DNA of 64,000 nt from Synechococcus sp. Lineage in GTDB: Bacteria > Cyanobacteriota > Cyanobacteriia > PCC-6307 > Cyanobiaceae. The notes under the pieces are model-generated. The model searched no databases. It was given only the letters and a program-made list of their open reading frames with translations, and was not told where the DNA came from. The position numbers were made by a program, and so were the translations under genes. The DNA lies in NCBI GenBank assembly GCA_047285305.1, contig JBJBDL010000003.1, forward strand, positions 928,001-992,000, read 5' to 3'. The stretch's first letter is position 1, and every line of letters begins with the position of its first letter. Shown in pieces: positions 46,823 to 58,288 of this stretch.

Positions 46823-47992
46823 TCAGGCGGCGACCGTGCTGGTCTGCATCAGGTCCATATAGAGCTGTTCGAGGGCGTCAATGTTGCTGGAAATTGTGTA
46901 GCGCTCCAAGGCGCGGAGTCGGGCTTTGCGGCCCAGTTCTGCGGTCAGCACAGGCTGGTCCCTGAGCACCGGCAGCAGCGTGCGCAACTGGGTAGTGACT
47001 CCCTGGGTGCTCAGCACGATTCCCGCCCCTTGCTCCAGCACCTCACCATCGGCACCGGCATCGGTGGCCACGCAGGCTGTTCCGCTGGCCATCGCCTCCA
47101 GCAAGGCCAGCGACAGGCCCTCCACAAGGCTCGGCAGGATGAAGATCTCAGCGCACTGGAGCAGAGCAACCCGGGTGTCCAGGTCTGGCTCGTGGCCCCA
47201 CCAGAGGATCCGATCGTCGTTGAACTGGTTCATCAGGCTGTTGCGCAGCGGCCCGTCGCCGACGATCACCAACCGGCAGCCCTCCGGTGAAACCAGCCGC
47301 CAGGCCCGCAGCAGGGCTTCAACGTTCTTCTCCGTTGCAAGGCGCCCCATGTAGAGGAAAATTCGTTCTCGTCCCAGCCGTTGCCGCACCTGCTGATGCA
47401 TCAGCGAAAGGGTGCCGGGGCTGGTGGGGCACCAGCGGTCGGTGTCCACACCATTGGGAATCACCGTTAGTCGATCGGCTGGAACGCCCAGGCGCTCGAG
47501 AAAGTCCGCCTGAAGCTGTGAAAACACGATCACCCGGTCATAGCGGGCCAGGGCCGGTGCATACAGCTGGTACGTGAGCTGTTGGGTGCCCGCCGTCAGG
47601 TTGCGCAGGCCTGCATCGAAGGGTGGATGAAAGGTGGCCACCAGGGGCACGCCCAGCTGCTGACAGAGCTCTGGCAGGCGGAAATCCAGGGGCGAAAGGG
47701 TGAGGCTGGCGTGCACGAGATCGGGCTGCAGCCGCTCCAGGGATTCCCTCAGCTCCCGCTGGGCTCCGGGCGAAGGGATCGTGTAGACCTGCGATTTGAC
47801 CAGGTAGGGGAGGCTGACGTCAGGGTCGTTGGCCAGCAGCGATGTGTTGTCGCGCTCCGGGCTGCGCGGGTTATCGAAATGGATGAAGTGCACCTGATGC
47901 CCGCGTTTGCGCAGGGCCTCCGTGGTGCTGATCCCGTAGGACACATTCCCGCAGAAGGGAGACTTCTTGCCGAGCCACGCAATCTGCGCCAA
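46823..47992 (-). CDS. dgdA: GT4 glycosyltransferase, probably digalactosyldiacylglycerol synthase
   Basis: IAWLGKKSPFCGNV N-terminus (recalled as DgdA/Ycf82-like); PNGVD, GRLATEKN, EGLSLALLEAMASG. Confidence 0.7.
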   Translation of the reverse strand: MAQIAWLGKKSPFCGNVSYGISTTEALRKRGHQVHFIHFDNPRSPERDNTSLLANDPDVSLPYLVKSQVYTIPSPGAQRELRESLERLQPDLVHASLTLSPLDFRLPELCQQLGVPLVATFHPPFDAGLRNLTAGTQQLTYQLYAPALARYDRVIVFSQLQADFLERLGVPADRLTVIPNGVDTDRWCPTSPGTLSLMHQQVRQRLGRERIFLYMGRLATEKNVEALLRAWRLVSPEGCRLVIVGDGPLRNSLMNQFNDDRILWWGHEPDLDTRVALLQCAEIFILPSLVEGLSLALLEAMASGTACVATDAGADGEVLEQGAGIVLSTQGVTTQLRTLLPVLRDQPVLTAELGRKARLRALERYTISSNIDALEQLYMDLMQTSTVAA

Positions 47993-48024
47993 GCGGGTTG
48001 GGCCTCATCAGGCGAAGAGGCAAG

Positions 48025-49404
48025 TTAGCAGCGTTGCCACGGCCGTTCGATCAACGCCGCCACCAGGGCCAAACCCGCGAGCAGCCACAGCACCGGTTGA
48101 AGCCCCATGCTGCTGACCAAGGTGCCCGCCAGCACCAGCGGCAGACTCAGGGCAATGTTGATCAGGTTGTTCTGCAGTCCGAACACCCTGCCGCGCTCGG
48201 TTTCGGGGGTTTCTTCCTGAATCGTGGTCTGCGCTGGGATCGCCACCAGAGCTGCGCCGATGCCCAGGATTCCGCAGAGGCTCAGGGTGAAGGCCAGGGA
48301 TCCCCGCAGCTGGCTGAGCAGCACCAGGGTCCAGGTGATGGTTCCCAGCCCTGCTGCCGTGAGCCGGCGGCGGCTGAACCGGTGGCCCAGCTGGGCGATC
48401 ACCACGGCTCCGATCGCCATGCCCAGCCCACTCATGGCCAGCAGGGCACCAAAGCCTGAGGGGCCCAGGTTCTCGATCAGGGCAGCCAGCTGTAGCGCCA
48501 ACACATAAAGCGCTGCCAACAAGCTGTAGAGCAGCACCAGATGAATCATGGCGCCACGCACCGACGGCACCCGGCGCAGCACCTGCAATCCTTCGCCGAT
48601 CTCCGTCCACACAGATGTATTGGAGGGAGGCTTGGGGGCTTCCTGCAGCTTCAGGCGTGACAGGCTGAGGGCCGCAAGGCCGTAACAGAGCGGAAGCAGC
48701 AGAAACTCCCCGCCATCAATGCCGATGATCGCCAGGCTGCTGTGCAGGGCGCGAAGAATCGGTTCCCCCAGCGCGAAGCCCAGGATCGTCGCCCCCATGC
48801 TGGTGGCTTGGTAGAGGGAGTTGGCTGCCAACAGGTGATCTCCCGGAACCACCACAGGAATCGTGGCCTGTTCCGAGGGGGCGAAAAACTGGGTCAGGAT
48901 CGACTCCAGGAAGGTCATGCCCACCAGCCCCCAGTAGCCCCAGGGCAGACCAAGCCAGACGGGCCCCGGCAGCAGACAGAGCGGTGCGAACACCACCAAC
49001 AGGGCTCGTATGGCATTGCTGGCCACCATCACCCGACGCTTGGGCCAGCGGTCAGCCCAGACCCCAGCAACCGTTCCCAGCAGCATGGCCGGGATGGTGT
49101 TGGCCACAAAGATGCCTGTGGCTAGAAGGGTGATCACCTGTGTGCGTGTGCTGATGTCCAGGCCGTAATCCGAGGCCATCTCCGCCAGCAGGCCACTTCC
49201 CTGCCCCTTCAGCAGCAGGTGCTGATCGATCAGGAAGACCATCAGCACGATATAGAACTTGTCCGCCAGCTGGGAAAAGATCTGGCCCAGCCAGAGTTTG
49301 CGGAAGTCCTTGAGGCGCAGCACGGCTTCCAAGCCGCGCTTTCCCTCAGGGTTGCTGCCGGTGGGCAGAGCGGGTTCAGGGGTGGTGAGGCTCGGTCCGC
49401 TCAA
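48025..49404 (-). CDS. MFS transporter
   Basis: FRKLWLGQIFSQLAD, GVWADRWPKR, RGRVFG. Confidence 0.9.
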   Translation of the reverse strand: MSGPSLTTPEPALPTGSNPEGKRGLEAVLRLKDFRKLWLGQIFSQLADKFYIVLMVFLIDQHLLLKGQGSGLLAEMASDYGLDISTRTQVITLLATGIFVANTIPAMLLGTVAGVWADRWPKRRVMVASNAIRALLVVFAPLCLLPGPVWLGLPWGYWGLVGMTFLESILTQFFAPSEQATIPVVVPGDHLLAANSLYQATSMGATILGFALGEPILRALHSSLAIIGIDGGEFLLLPLCYGLAALSLSRLKLQEAPKPPSNTSVWTEIGEGLQVLRRVPSVRGAMIHLVLLYSLLAALYVLALQLAALIENLGPSGFGALLAMSGLGMAIGAVVIAQLGHRFSRRRLTAAGLGTITWTLVLLSQLRGSLAFTLSLCGILGIGAALVAIPAQTTIQEETPETERGRVFGLQNNLINIALSLPLVLAGTLVSSMGLQPVLWLLAGLALVAALIERPWQRC

Positions 49405-49432
49405 GGGGCAATTGCATCGCGGCCATGATGGC

Positions 49433-50206
49433 TCACGCGCCTCCCAGGAGCGTCTCTCGCAGCATGGCCAGGGCTTTGCTGGGTCGGTTCAGATGCGTCC
49501 GGCTCCAGATCTCAACCACTCGCAGCAGCCGGCGCCACACGGCTGGGGGGCCCATCAGCTCACCGTCCCTGCGACGGGGCAGTTCGGCCCGGGTCAGTCG
49601 CTGGAGCAGGGCGAGTTCGGAGGGATTCAGCTGAATCGCCGCCCCAGGCTGCTCATCGATCGCAAAGCCGTCCTCCGGCAGCAGGCTGCAGCGCCAGTCC
49701 CACTGCCCCAGCGGTGGCTCAAGGGGATCGCCTGTGATGCAGCAGGTCTGTAACGGCAGTCCATAACCGCCCAGGGTGAGCAGATGGATGCAGGCCTGGA
49801 CCGTGCCGGCCAGTACCAGCTCCGGGTCGGCTCGGTGCTCCTCCAGGCGTTCCAGGTGCAGCTGCATCGTGTCCAGCAGCCCGTCCACGGGATCCTGGGC
49901 CGCCAGTTGAAGGCACAGATCACACAGCGCCTGCGCCGCAGCCAGGGTTTCCAGTTGTTGCCCAAGACCGGAAAAACTGCGCAGCACCCGCAGTTGTCGC
50001 ACCCGGGCCAGGCCGTTGCGTCCTCCCACCTGCAGTTCCAGCAGGGTGAGGGGGGCCGCGGCGGCCAGACTGCTCTTGGGTCGGCGTGCTCCGGGAACGG
50101 CGAAGCGACTGACGCCCTCCACATCACTGAGCAGGCTCAGCAGGCGGTCATGTTCGCCGAGGGGGCCCACCTTGAGGGCGAGTCCGGTGAGGCGTCGTTC
50201 TGCCAT
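49433..50206 (-). CDS. recO: DNA repair protein RecO
   Basis: GEHDRLL, PGARRPKS, CCITG. Confidence 0.9.
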   Translation of the reverse strand: MAERRLTGLALKVGPLGEHDRLLSLLSDVEGVSRFAVPGARRPKSSLAAAAPLTLLELQVGGRNGLARVRQLRVLRSFSGLGQQLETLAAAQALCDLCLQLAAQDPVDGLLDTMQLHLERLEEHRADPELVLAGTVQACIHLLTLGGYGLPLQTCCITGDPLEPPLGQWDWRCSLLPEDGFAIDEQPGAAIQLNPSELALLQRLTRAELPRRRDGELMGPPAVWRRLLRVVEIWSRTHLNRPSKALAMLRETLLGGA

Positions 50207-50887
50207 TCAGGCCGCGGGGCGGCGCTGGGCCTGCAGAAGAGCCGGCGCGCTGCTGGTGCCCAGCAGATCGGCCCCCGCCAACAAAAGCTCCCCCGCATGG
50301 CTGAGGCTATGAATGCCCCCGGCTGCCTTGATGGCGCAGCGTTTGCGGATCAGCTGTTTCAACGCAAGGATCTGATCGGCATGACAGGCCGGGCCAAAGC
50401 CGTTGCTGGTCTGAAGTCCCGCAGCGCCAGCATCAATGGCGGCCTCCACGGCCAGTTCCAGCTGTTCGCTCTCCAGACGGGCCATGTCCAGGACTGCCCG
50501 CACTGGAAGCCCCAGCTCGCAGAGGGCGGCGAGTTCCTCGGCAAACGCGCCTGAATCGCCATGGGCCAAAGCGCTGAAATCGGGCACGACATCGAGCTCT
50601 TGGGCGCCATGGGCGGCACACCACTCCGCTTCCGCCAGCTTGAGCTCAGCGGGAATGGCTCCGAAGGGAAAGCCGATGGCCGCCACCAGGCAGGGGCCTG
50701 CGTCGGTGGTCCCGATGCGTTCCCGCAGCAGCGGAAGCTGACGCGGTGTGGTGCAGATGGCCCTCACGCCCTCCTGCATCCCGGAATCACAGAGGGCCTG
50801 GAGCTGGTTCCGGGTCAGCAGGGGGTCGAGGATCGCCTGATCAAGCCGGGGGGGTAGGGCGGGGAGCTCTTGGGCTGGATCAGCCAT
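50207..50887 (-). CDS. deoC: deoxyribose-phosphate aldolase
   Basis: IGFPFG, GAQELDVV, IKAAGGI, LGTSS. Confidence 0.85.
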   Translation of the reverse strand: MADPAQELPALPPRLDQAILDPLLTRNQLQALCDSGMQEGVRAICTTPRQLPLLRERIGTTDAGPCLVAAIGFPFGAIPAELKLAEAEWCAAHGAQELDVVPDFSALAHGDSGAFAEELAALCELGLPVRAVLDMARLESEQLELAVEAAIDAGAAGLQTSNGFGPACHADQILALKQLIRKRCAIKAAGGIHSLSHAGELLLAGADLLGTSSAPALLQAQRRPAA

Positions 50888-50901
50888 GGCGGGCCGGGAG
50901 G

Positions 50902-51489
50902 TCACTCACGAGCCTGAATCACCCCATACCCCCCGTGGTTGCGTCGGTAGATCACCTGCAGCTGATCGCTCTCCTTCTCCCGGAACAGGTAAAAGTCGTG
51001 GTCGATCAGATCCAGTTGGCGGCGTGCCTCCTCCAGGCCCATGGGCGGCATGGCGAAATATTTGCGTCGCACTCCCGGATCCGGCAGTTCCGCCTCACGC
51101 CCTTGCAGAAGGGAGGATTCAACGGGGGATGCATCGTTGACCACATCCGTGCTGGGGGTGTGGCTGGCGCTGTGGCCGTGACTGTGGTGGTGATCGCTGT
51201 GGCGTTCCTTCCAGCGGCGCAGTTGGCGGGCCAGCTTCCCCGCGGCCAGATCGATGCTGGCGTAAAGGTTTTCACTGCGTTCCTGGGCGCGGATCACCGT
51301 GCCGTTGGCAAAGACCGTCACCTCGGCGGTCTGCTGAGGCACACGGGGATTGCGGGCCACCGAGAGATGGACGTCGGCCTCGCGAACAGCATCGCCGAAG
51401 TGCGATGTGGCCCGCTCCAACTTGGTTTGGGTGTAATCCCGCAACGACGGCGTGATCTCGAGGTTGCGACCATGGATCAGCAACTTCAT
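50902..51489 (-). CDS. hpf: ribosome hibernation factor (long HPF / LrtA)
   Basis: [16 protein letters not shown]-terminal [16 protein letters not shown]. Confidence 0.95.
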   Translation of the reverse strand: MKLLIHGRNLEITPSLRDYTQTKLERATSHFGDAVREADVHLSVARNPRVPQQTAEVTVFANGTVIRAQERSENLYASIDLAAGKLARQLRRWKERHSDHHHSHGHSASHTPSTDVVNDASPVESSLLQGREAELPDPGVRRKYFAMPPMGLEEARRQLDLIDHDFYLFREKESDQLQVIYRRNHGGYGVIQARE

Positions 51490-51500
51490 GCCTCGCTCCT

Positions 51501-52199
51501 GTGCCGGTTGTTATCGGCAAGCTAGAACCGGCGCACGATTCGGCCCACCCCCAGCGTGCATTTCTTTTCGAGCCTGGTGATCCGGTTCGATTCGATGCCG
51601 CCTGGTCGGCGCAACAGCGCTGGCAGAGCAGCCTGCTGGCTGATCCATCGGCTCCGGAGGCGGTCTGGATCTTGCAGCACCAGACCTGCTACACCCTCGG
51701 CCGTGGTGCCAGCGAGGAGCACCTGCATTTCGATCCTGCAGAGCCACCGGCACCCCTGTATCGGATCAATCGGGGCGGGGAGGTGACCCATCACCTGCCC
51801 GGCCAACTGGTGGCCTACCCGGTGTTGGACCTTCAGCGGCGCACTCCCGATTTGCATTGGTATCTGCGGCAGCTGGAACAAGTCGTTCTGGATGTTCTGG
51901 CGGAGTTGGGCCTCGAGGGTCAGCGTCTGCCGGGGTTGACCGGCCTCTGGTTGAACAACCGCAAGGTCGCCGCCATCGGTGTGGGTTGTCGCCGCTGGAT
52001 CACCCAGCACGGCCTGGCCCTGAACGTTGATTGCTCGATGCAGGGGTTTGAGCGGGTCACCCCCTGTGGGCTCACCGGTCGTGAGGTCGGGCGGCTTGCG
52101 GATTGGTTGCCAGGGTTGACGTCGGATGAGGTGCAGCCGTTGCTTCGGCAAGCCCTGGCCCATCGTTTCGGTCTGGTCTGGGAGGAGGAAGCGAGATAG
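51501..52199 (+). CDS. lipB: lipoyl(octanoyl) transferase
   Basis: [38 protein letters not shown]. Confidence 0.95.
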   Translation: MPVVIGKLEPAHDSAHPQRAFLFEPGDPVRFDAAWSAQQRWQSSLLADPSAPEAVWILQHQTCYTLGRGASEEHLHFDPAEPPAPLYRINRGGEVTHHLPGQLVAYPVLDLQRRTPDLHWYLRQLEQVVLDVLAELGLEGQRLPGLTGLWLNNRKVAAIGVGCRRWITQHGLALNVDCSMQGFERVTPCGLTGREVGRLADWLPGLTSDEVQPLLRQALAHRFGLVWEEEAR

Positions 52200-52227
52200 A
52201 CCTGAGCTGTTTGAACCCCTGCCTCGG

Positions 52228-54141
52228 ATGACGGCCAGCTGGAGCCCGACACCCCGTGAAACGGACGCTTTGCAGCGTCATGCCCATGTTCAGAGGTTGT
52301 CGAGGGTCGATGCGGTGTGGCCTTGGCTCGCCGACCGCCATGGGCTGATTGCTGCCGTCGATGCGCCCCATGCGGCGCATCCCGAACGCTTCAATTTCGG
52401 CGAACTGGCGGAGCGCATCGCTACCGCTGCCGCCGCCTTTCGGCGCCTTGGCGTGAACGATGGCGATGTGGTGGCTCTGTTTGCTGAGAACAGCCCCCGC
52501 TGGCTGGTGGCGGATCAGGGCCTGATGCGTGCCGGTGCCGCTGATGCCGTGCGCGGTGCCTCGGCCCCAGTCGAGGAGCTGCGCTACATCCTTTCGGATT
52601 GCCAGGCGATGGCTCTGGTAGTGCAGAACGCTGATGTGTGGCGTCGTCTGGCCCTTCCCCCAGACCAACGGGCTCAGCTGCGTTTTGTGCTTCAGCTGGA
52701 AGGGGAGCCTGCCGAGGGCGCCATGGGCTGGGAGGCGTTTCTGGCGTCAGGGGCCGGCCTTGATCCCGTTTGGCCGGCGGGGGGGCGAGACGCCGTGGCC
52801 ACTGTTCTGTACACCTCGGGCACGACCGGCCAACCCAAAGGGGTCCCGTTGACCCACGCCAACCTGCTGCATCAGATGAGCTCACTGGCCTGTGTGGCCT
52901 ATCCCGAGCCAGGTGCTCCGGTGCTGAGTGTGTTGCCCATTTGGCATGCCTACGAGCGCAGTGCCAGTTACTTCTTCCTCTCCTGCGGCTGCACGCAGAC
53001 CTACACAACCATCAAGCAATTGAAGAAGGATCTGCCGCGGGTCCGGCCGATCGCGATGGCCACCGTGCCGAGGCTGTGGGAGGCGGTTCAGGCTGGATTT
53101 GAGGATGTGCTCAAGACTTTCCCCCCCTCCCGGCAGCGCCTTTTGCGGGCGGCATTGGCCAACAGCGCTGCCCAGAGCAAAGCCGTGCGAACGGCGCGCA
53201 ACCTCCTGCTGGAACCTGTGTCAGCCTCCGGCCGGCTGCGTGCCTGCGGCTCCGCTGCCCTGCGCTGGCCCCTGCATGCCCTGGCGTCGATCTTGATCTG
53301 GCCGAAGCTGCGTTGCCAGCTGAGTGGCGGTCAGCTTCTCTATCCGATCAGTGGTGGCGGTGCCATCGCGCCCCACATCGATGCCTTTTTTGAAGCCGTG
53401 GGGATTGAGCTGCTAGTGGGCTATGGCCTCACCGAAACCAGCCCTGTGGTGAGTTGCCGCAGGCCCTGGCGCAACATCCGCGGCAGCTCGGGGCTGCCGA
53501 TGCCCCAGACCGAATTCCGGATCGTCGATCCCGACAACGGTCAGCCCCTGGGCTTCCGGCAACGGGGGCGGGTGATGGTGCGTGGCCCCCAGGTGATGGC
53601 GGGCTACCTCGGCAAACCCGAGGCCAGCGCAAAGGTTCTCGATGCCGCGGGATGGTTTGACACCGGCGATCTCGGCATGATCCTGCCGGATGGTTCGGTG
53701 GCCCTCACCGGCCGGGCCAAAGACACGATTGTGTTGAGCAGCGGCGAGAATATTGAGCCCGGCCCCCTGGAAGAGGCCCTGGTGGCCAGCCCCCTGATCG
53801 AGCAGGTGATGCTGGTGGGTCAGGACGAACGCCAGCTCGGTGGCCTGATCGTTCCCCGTGCTGAGGCGATCGTGGCCTGGGCGGCTGAAGCCGGCGTGAC
53901 CTTGGCGCAGGATCTGGGCGGCCAACCCGGTGATCCGGCCCTGCTCCGTTTGTTGATGCGCGAATGCAACCGCTTGCTCAATCAGCGGTCGGGTTCCCGT
54001 GGTGATGAACGGCTGGCCGGGGTGGTGCTTGTGGATCCCTTCAGCATTGAGAACGGACTCTTGACCCAGACCTTGAAGCAGCGCCGTGATCGCATCACCA
54101 GCCGCGATCAGCATTTGATTGATGGCCTTTACGGCCGTTGA
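52228..54141 (+). CDS. aas: long-chain fatty acid-CoA/acyl-ACP synthetase
   Basis: YTSGTTGQPKG, GYGLTET, WFDTGDLG, GRAKD. Confidence 0.85.
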   Translation: MTASWSPTPRETDALQRHAHVQRLSRVDAVWPWLADRHGLIAAVDAPHAAHPERFNFGELAERIATAAAAFRRLGVNDGDVVALFAENSPRWLVADQGLMRAGAADAVRGASAPVEELRYILSDCQAMALVVQNADVWRRLALPPDQRAQLRFVLQLEGEPAEGAMGWEAFLASGAGLDPVWPAGGRDAVATVLYTSGTTGQPKGVPLTHANLLHQMSSLACVAYPEPGAPVLSVLPIWHAYERSASYFFLSCGCTQTYTTIKQLKKDLPRVRPIAMATVPRLWEAVQAGFEDVLKTFPPSRQRLLRAALANSAAQSKAVRTARNLLLEPVSASGRLRACGSAALRWPLHALASILIWPKLRCQLSGGQLLYPISGGGAIAPHIDAFFEAVGIELLVGYGLTETSPVVSCRRPWRNIRGSSGLPMPQTEFRIVDPDNGQPLGFRQRGRVMVRGPQVMAGYLGKPEASAKVLDAAGWFDTGDLGMILPDGSVALTGRAKDTIVLSSGENIEPGPLEEALVASPLIEQVMLVGQDERQLGGLIVPRAEAIVAWAAEAGVTLAQDLGGQPGDPALLRLLMRECNRLLNQRSGSRGDERLAGVVLVDPFSIENGLLTQTLKQRRDRITSRDQHLIDGLYGR

Positions 54142-54233
54142 ACGCGGCTGACGAGGCTTGGGGGGTGGTCGGTTGTCCGGTGATTGACCCCACGTGAAAG
54201 GGCTGACACGCTTTGGCCGTCTCCCAAGAACCC

Positions 54234-54677
54234 ATGTCCGACGGCACCTCCCTGACGATCAAGCGTCCGATCATCGTCCGCGCCGTCGTGACGCCCACCT
54301 GGAAAGAAGAAGCAGAGCGCGAGCTCAGCAATGGCATTGCCACCGCTGACCAACAGCTGGCTCAGCTGGAACAGGAAGGTCAGGACGTGGTGGACCAGGT
54401 GCGTCGTCAGAGCGCCAACCCCCTGGATCCCCGCGTGCAGGATCAGGTGGCGCAGATTCAACAGCAGGTGGCGGCCAAGCGCGCCGAGTTGGAGGAGCAG
54501 AAGCGCAACCTGCTTCAGCAGCAGGCCCAGGTGCGTGAGCTGGAGATGGACCAGATCGTTGAGCAGGGTCAGCTGGAGAGCAGCTGTGAGCTGAAGGTCG
54601 GCGACAACCTGGTGCAGAAGATGCAGGTGGCCATCGTTGTGAAGGATGGCGTTGTGCAGTCGATTGAGGAAGCCTGA
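54234..54677 (+). CDS. YlqD family protein
   Basis: IKRPIIVRAVVT, coiled coil, VGDNL..IVVKDG. Confidence 0.8.
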   Translation: MSDGTSLTIKRPIIVRAVVTPTWKEEAERELSNGIATADQQLAQLEQEGQDVVDQVRRQSANPLDPRVQDQVAQIQQQVAAKRAELEEQKRNLLQQQAQVRELEMDQIVEQGQLESSCELKVGDNLVQKMQVAIVVKDGVVQSIEEA

Positions 54678-54733
54678 TCGGCTTGCCTCTGCTGACTCGT
54701 AAACTCCCCTGATCTGCCCTCCCGGAGACGGTT

Positions 54734-56059
54734 TTGGCGACCACAGACATCTTCATGCCTGCCCTCAGCTCCACCATGACGGAGGGGAAGATCGTGGAGT
54801 GGCTGAAACAGCCCGGAGACAAGGTGGCTCGGGGCGAGTCTGTTCTTGTAGTTGAGTCCGACAAAGCGGACATGGACGTTGAGTCCTTCCAGGACGGCTA
54901 CCTCGCAGCGGTCTTAATGCCTGCTGGCAGCACGGCACCGGTGGGCGAAACCATCGGTCTGATCGTCGAAACCGAAGCTGAGATCGCCGACGCGCAGGCC
55001 AAGGCCCCCAGCGCTCCTGCTACGGCGCCCGCTCCTGCACCGGTTCCAGCCCCCACGGCAGCTGCAGTTCAGGCCCCAGCTCCAACCCCTGCGCCGGCTC
55101 CGGCTCCTGTTGCTGCTCCTGCGCCGTCGGCACCGGTGGTGAACGACGGTCGCATCGTGGCCAGCCCCCGGGCCAAAAAGCTGGCCTCCCAGATAGGTGT
55201 GGACCTGGCGACCGTGCGCGGCAGCGGTCCCCATGGCCGGATTCAGGCAGAAGACGTGGAGCAAGCCTCCGGTCAGCCCATCTCCGTGCCCCGGGTGGCG
55301 GAAGGAACGGCTCCCGCTGCTTCCTCGGCTGGCGCTGCAGCAGCAGCGGCCCCAGCAGCGCCTGCGGGCAACAGCTTTGGTAGGCCCGGTGAGACCGTGG
55401 CCTTCAACACCCTCCAGGGTGCGGTGAACAAAAACATGGAGGCGAGCCTGGCGGTTCCCTGCTTCCGCGTTGGTTACACCATCACCACCGACAAGCTGGA
55501 TGCCTTCTACAAACAGGTGAAGCCCAAGGGCGTCACGATGACGGCGCTGCTGGCCAAGGCTGTGGCCGTCACCCTGGCGCGTCACCCCCAGGTTAATGCT
55601 GCGACCACCGCCGCCGGCATGGCCTATCCAGCCGATGTGAACGTGGCTGTCGCCGTGGCGATGGAAGACGGTGGCTTGATCACGCCGGTGCTGCGCAATG
55701 CCGATCGCACCGATCTCTATGAGATGTCGCGTCAGTGGGGTGATCTGGTCAAGCGCTCCCGCAGCAAGCAGCTGCAGCCGGAGGAATATTCCACGGGCAC
55801 CTTCACCCTCTCCAACCTCGGCATGTTCGGTGTTGATCGCTTCGACGCGATCCTTCCCCCAGGCACCGGAGCCATTCTCGCAGTCGCCGCATCACGCCCC
55901 ACGGTGGTGGCGAACAAGGACGGGTCCATCGCCGTCAAGCGTCAGATGCAGGTGAACCTGACGGCGGATCACCGGGTGATTTACGGCGCTGACGGCGCCG
56001 CATTCCTCAAGGATCTCGCCGCTCTGATCGAGAACCGTCCAGAAAGCCTGGCGCTCTGA
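54734..56059 (+). CDS. pdhC: pyruvate dehydrogenase E2 (dihydrolipoamide acetyltransferase)
   Basis: lipoyl motif ESDKA, Ala/Pro linker, ASPRAKKLA, DHRVIYG. Confidence 0.96.
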   Translation: MATTDIFMPALSSTMTEGKIVEWLKQPGDKVARGESVLVVESDKADMDVESFQDGYLAAVLMPAGSTAPVGETIGLIVETEAEIADAQAKAPSAPATAPAPAPVPAPTAAAVQAPAPTPAPAPAPVAAPAPSAPVVNDGRIVASPRAKKLASQIGVDLATVRGSGPHGRIQAEDVEQASGQPISVPRVAEGTAPAASSAGAAAAAAPAAPAGNSFGRPGETVAFNTLQGAVNKNMEASLAVPCFRVGYTITTDKLDAFYKQVKPKGVTMTALLAKAVAVTLARHPQVNAATTAAGMAYPADVNVAVAVAMEDGGLITPVLRNADRTDLYEMSRQWGDLVKRSRSKQLQPEEYSTGTFTLSNLGMFGVDRFDAILPPGTGAILAVAASRPTVVANKDGSIAVKRQMQVNLTADHRVIYGADGAAFLKDLAALIENRPESLAL

Positions 56060-56071
56060 TCGGTCGCCCGC

Positions 56072-57172
56072 GTGCGTGACCCCAGGGACCTGCAACTCAG
56101 CAGCTACGACTACCCGCTGCCGCCTGAGCGCATCGCTCAGGCACCGGTCGAGCCCCGCCACAGCGCTCGGTTGTTGATGGTTCCCCCCCACGGGGAGCCA
56201 TTAATGGATGCCGCTCACGGCCAGGTGTGGGATCTGCTCGAGCAGCTGCAGCCTGGTGATCTGCTGGTGGTGAACGACACCCGGGTGCTGAAGGCCCGCC
56301 TGGCGGTGCGGCGTTCCGGTGGCGGACTGTCCGAATTGCTCGTGCTGGAGCCGCGGGGAGAGGGCCGCTGGCTGTGTTTAGCTCGTCCTGCCAAGCGCAT
56401 GCGGCCAGGCGACAGCCTCACGATTGATGGCACTTCGATCAGCCTGACGGTGCTCGCGGAAGACTCCGCCAGCGGTGGACGGGTGGTGCAGTTCCCCAGT
56501 GATTGCAGGGATGCCGAAACCATTGAGGTTTTGCTTAATGACGTGGGTGAGGTGCCTCTACCGCCCTACATCGAACGGCACGACCCCAGCGACAGCCAGC
56601 GTTATCAGACCCGTTACGCCGATCGCCCCGGTGCGGTGGCGGCCCCGACCGCGGGGTTGCACTTCAGTGATGAACTGCTGGCGGGTTTGCAGAAGAAAGG
56701 GGTGGATCTGGCCCGGATCACCCTGCATGTGGGCCTCGGCACCTTTCGCCCCGTTGAAACGGAAGACCTCACCGCCTTGGAGTTGCACAGTGAATGGGTT
56801 GATGTCAGCCCTGCTGTGGTGGAGGCGGTGCAGGCTTGTCGAGGCCGGGTGATTGCGGTGGGCACCACGAGTGTTCGTGCTCTGGAGGGGGCCGCTCAAG
56901 CCCATGGCGGTGTTCTCAAGCCCTACACGGGGCCCGTGGATCTGGTGATTCAGCCGGGCTATCAGTTCAAGGTGATTCAAGCCCTGCTCACCAACTTCCA
57001 TCTGCCCAAAAGCTCTCTGCTGCTGTTGGTGAGTGCCCTGATCGGCCGGGAAACCCTGTTGAAGCTGTACGTCGAAGCGATTGAAAGGAGCTATCGCTTC
57101 TTCTCCTATGGCGATGCCATGTGGATTGATGCAGCGGCGGTGCAGCCCCAGGCCCGCCCACTGGCACGCTGA
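56072..57172 (+). CDS. queA: S-adenosylmethionine:tRNA ribosyltransferase-isomerase
   Basis: [38 protein letters not shown]. Confidence 0.97.
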   Translation: MRDPRDLQLSSYDYPLPPERIAQAPVEPRHSARLLMVPPHGEPLMDAAHGQVWDLLEQLQPGDLLVVNDTRVLKARLAVRRSGGGLSELLVLEPRGEGRWLCLARPAKRMRPGDSLTIDGTSISLTVLAEDSASGGRVVQFPSDCRDAETIEVLLNDVGEVPLPPYIERHDPSDSQRYQTRYADRPGAVAAPTAGLHFSDELLAGLQKKGVDLARITLHVGLGTFRPVETEDLTALELHSEWVDVSPAVVEAVQACRGRVIAVGTTSVRALEGAAQAHGGVLKPYTGPVDLVIQPGYQFKVIQALLTNFHLPKSSLLLLVSALIGRETLLKLYVEAIERSYRFFSYGDAMWIDAAAVQPQARPLAR

Positions 57173-57199
57173 AGCTTGAACGGTTATCGGTGAGGCCAT

Positions 57200-57225
57200 A
57201 AAAAAAGCCCCGTCAACGACGGGGC
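57200..57225 (-). terminator. rho-independent terminator of the cysK operon
   Basis: minus strand GCCCCGTC-gtt-GACGGGGC-TTTTTTT. Confidence 0.85.
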
Positions 57226-57247
57226 CAAGGCTTCTGGTTGAGACAGC

Positions 57248-58234
<987 letters not shown>

Positions 58235-58288
58235 GGAGCTGCTGTAGAGGGGCCCGAAGAAAACAAACTAATGATCGAAAGCCTCTCC

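Noticed and set aside
55000..55135. Repetitive GC-rich tract in pdhC
   Set aside because: Ordinary Ala/Pro linker of E2 subunits, not a DNA repeat element
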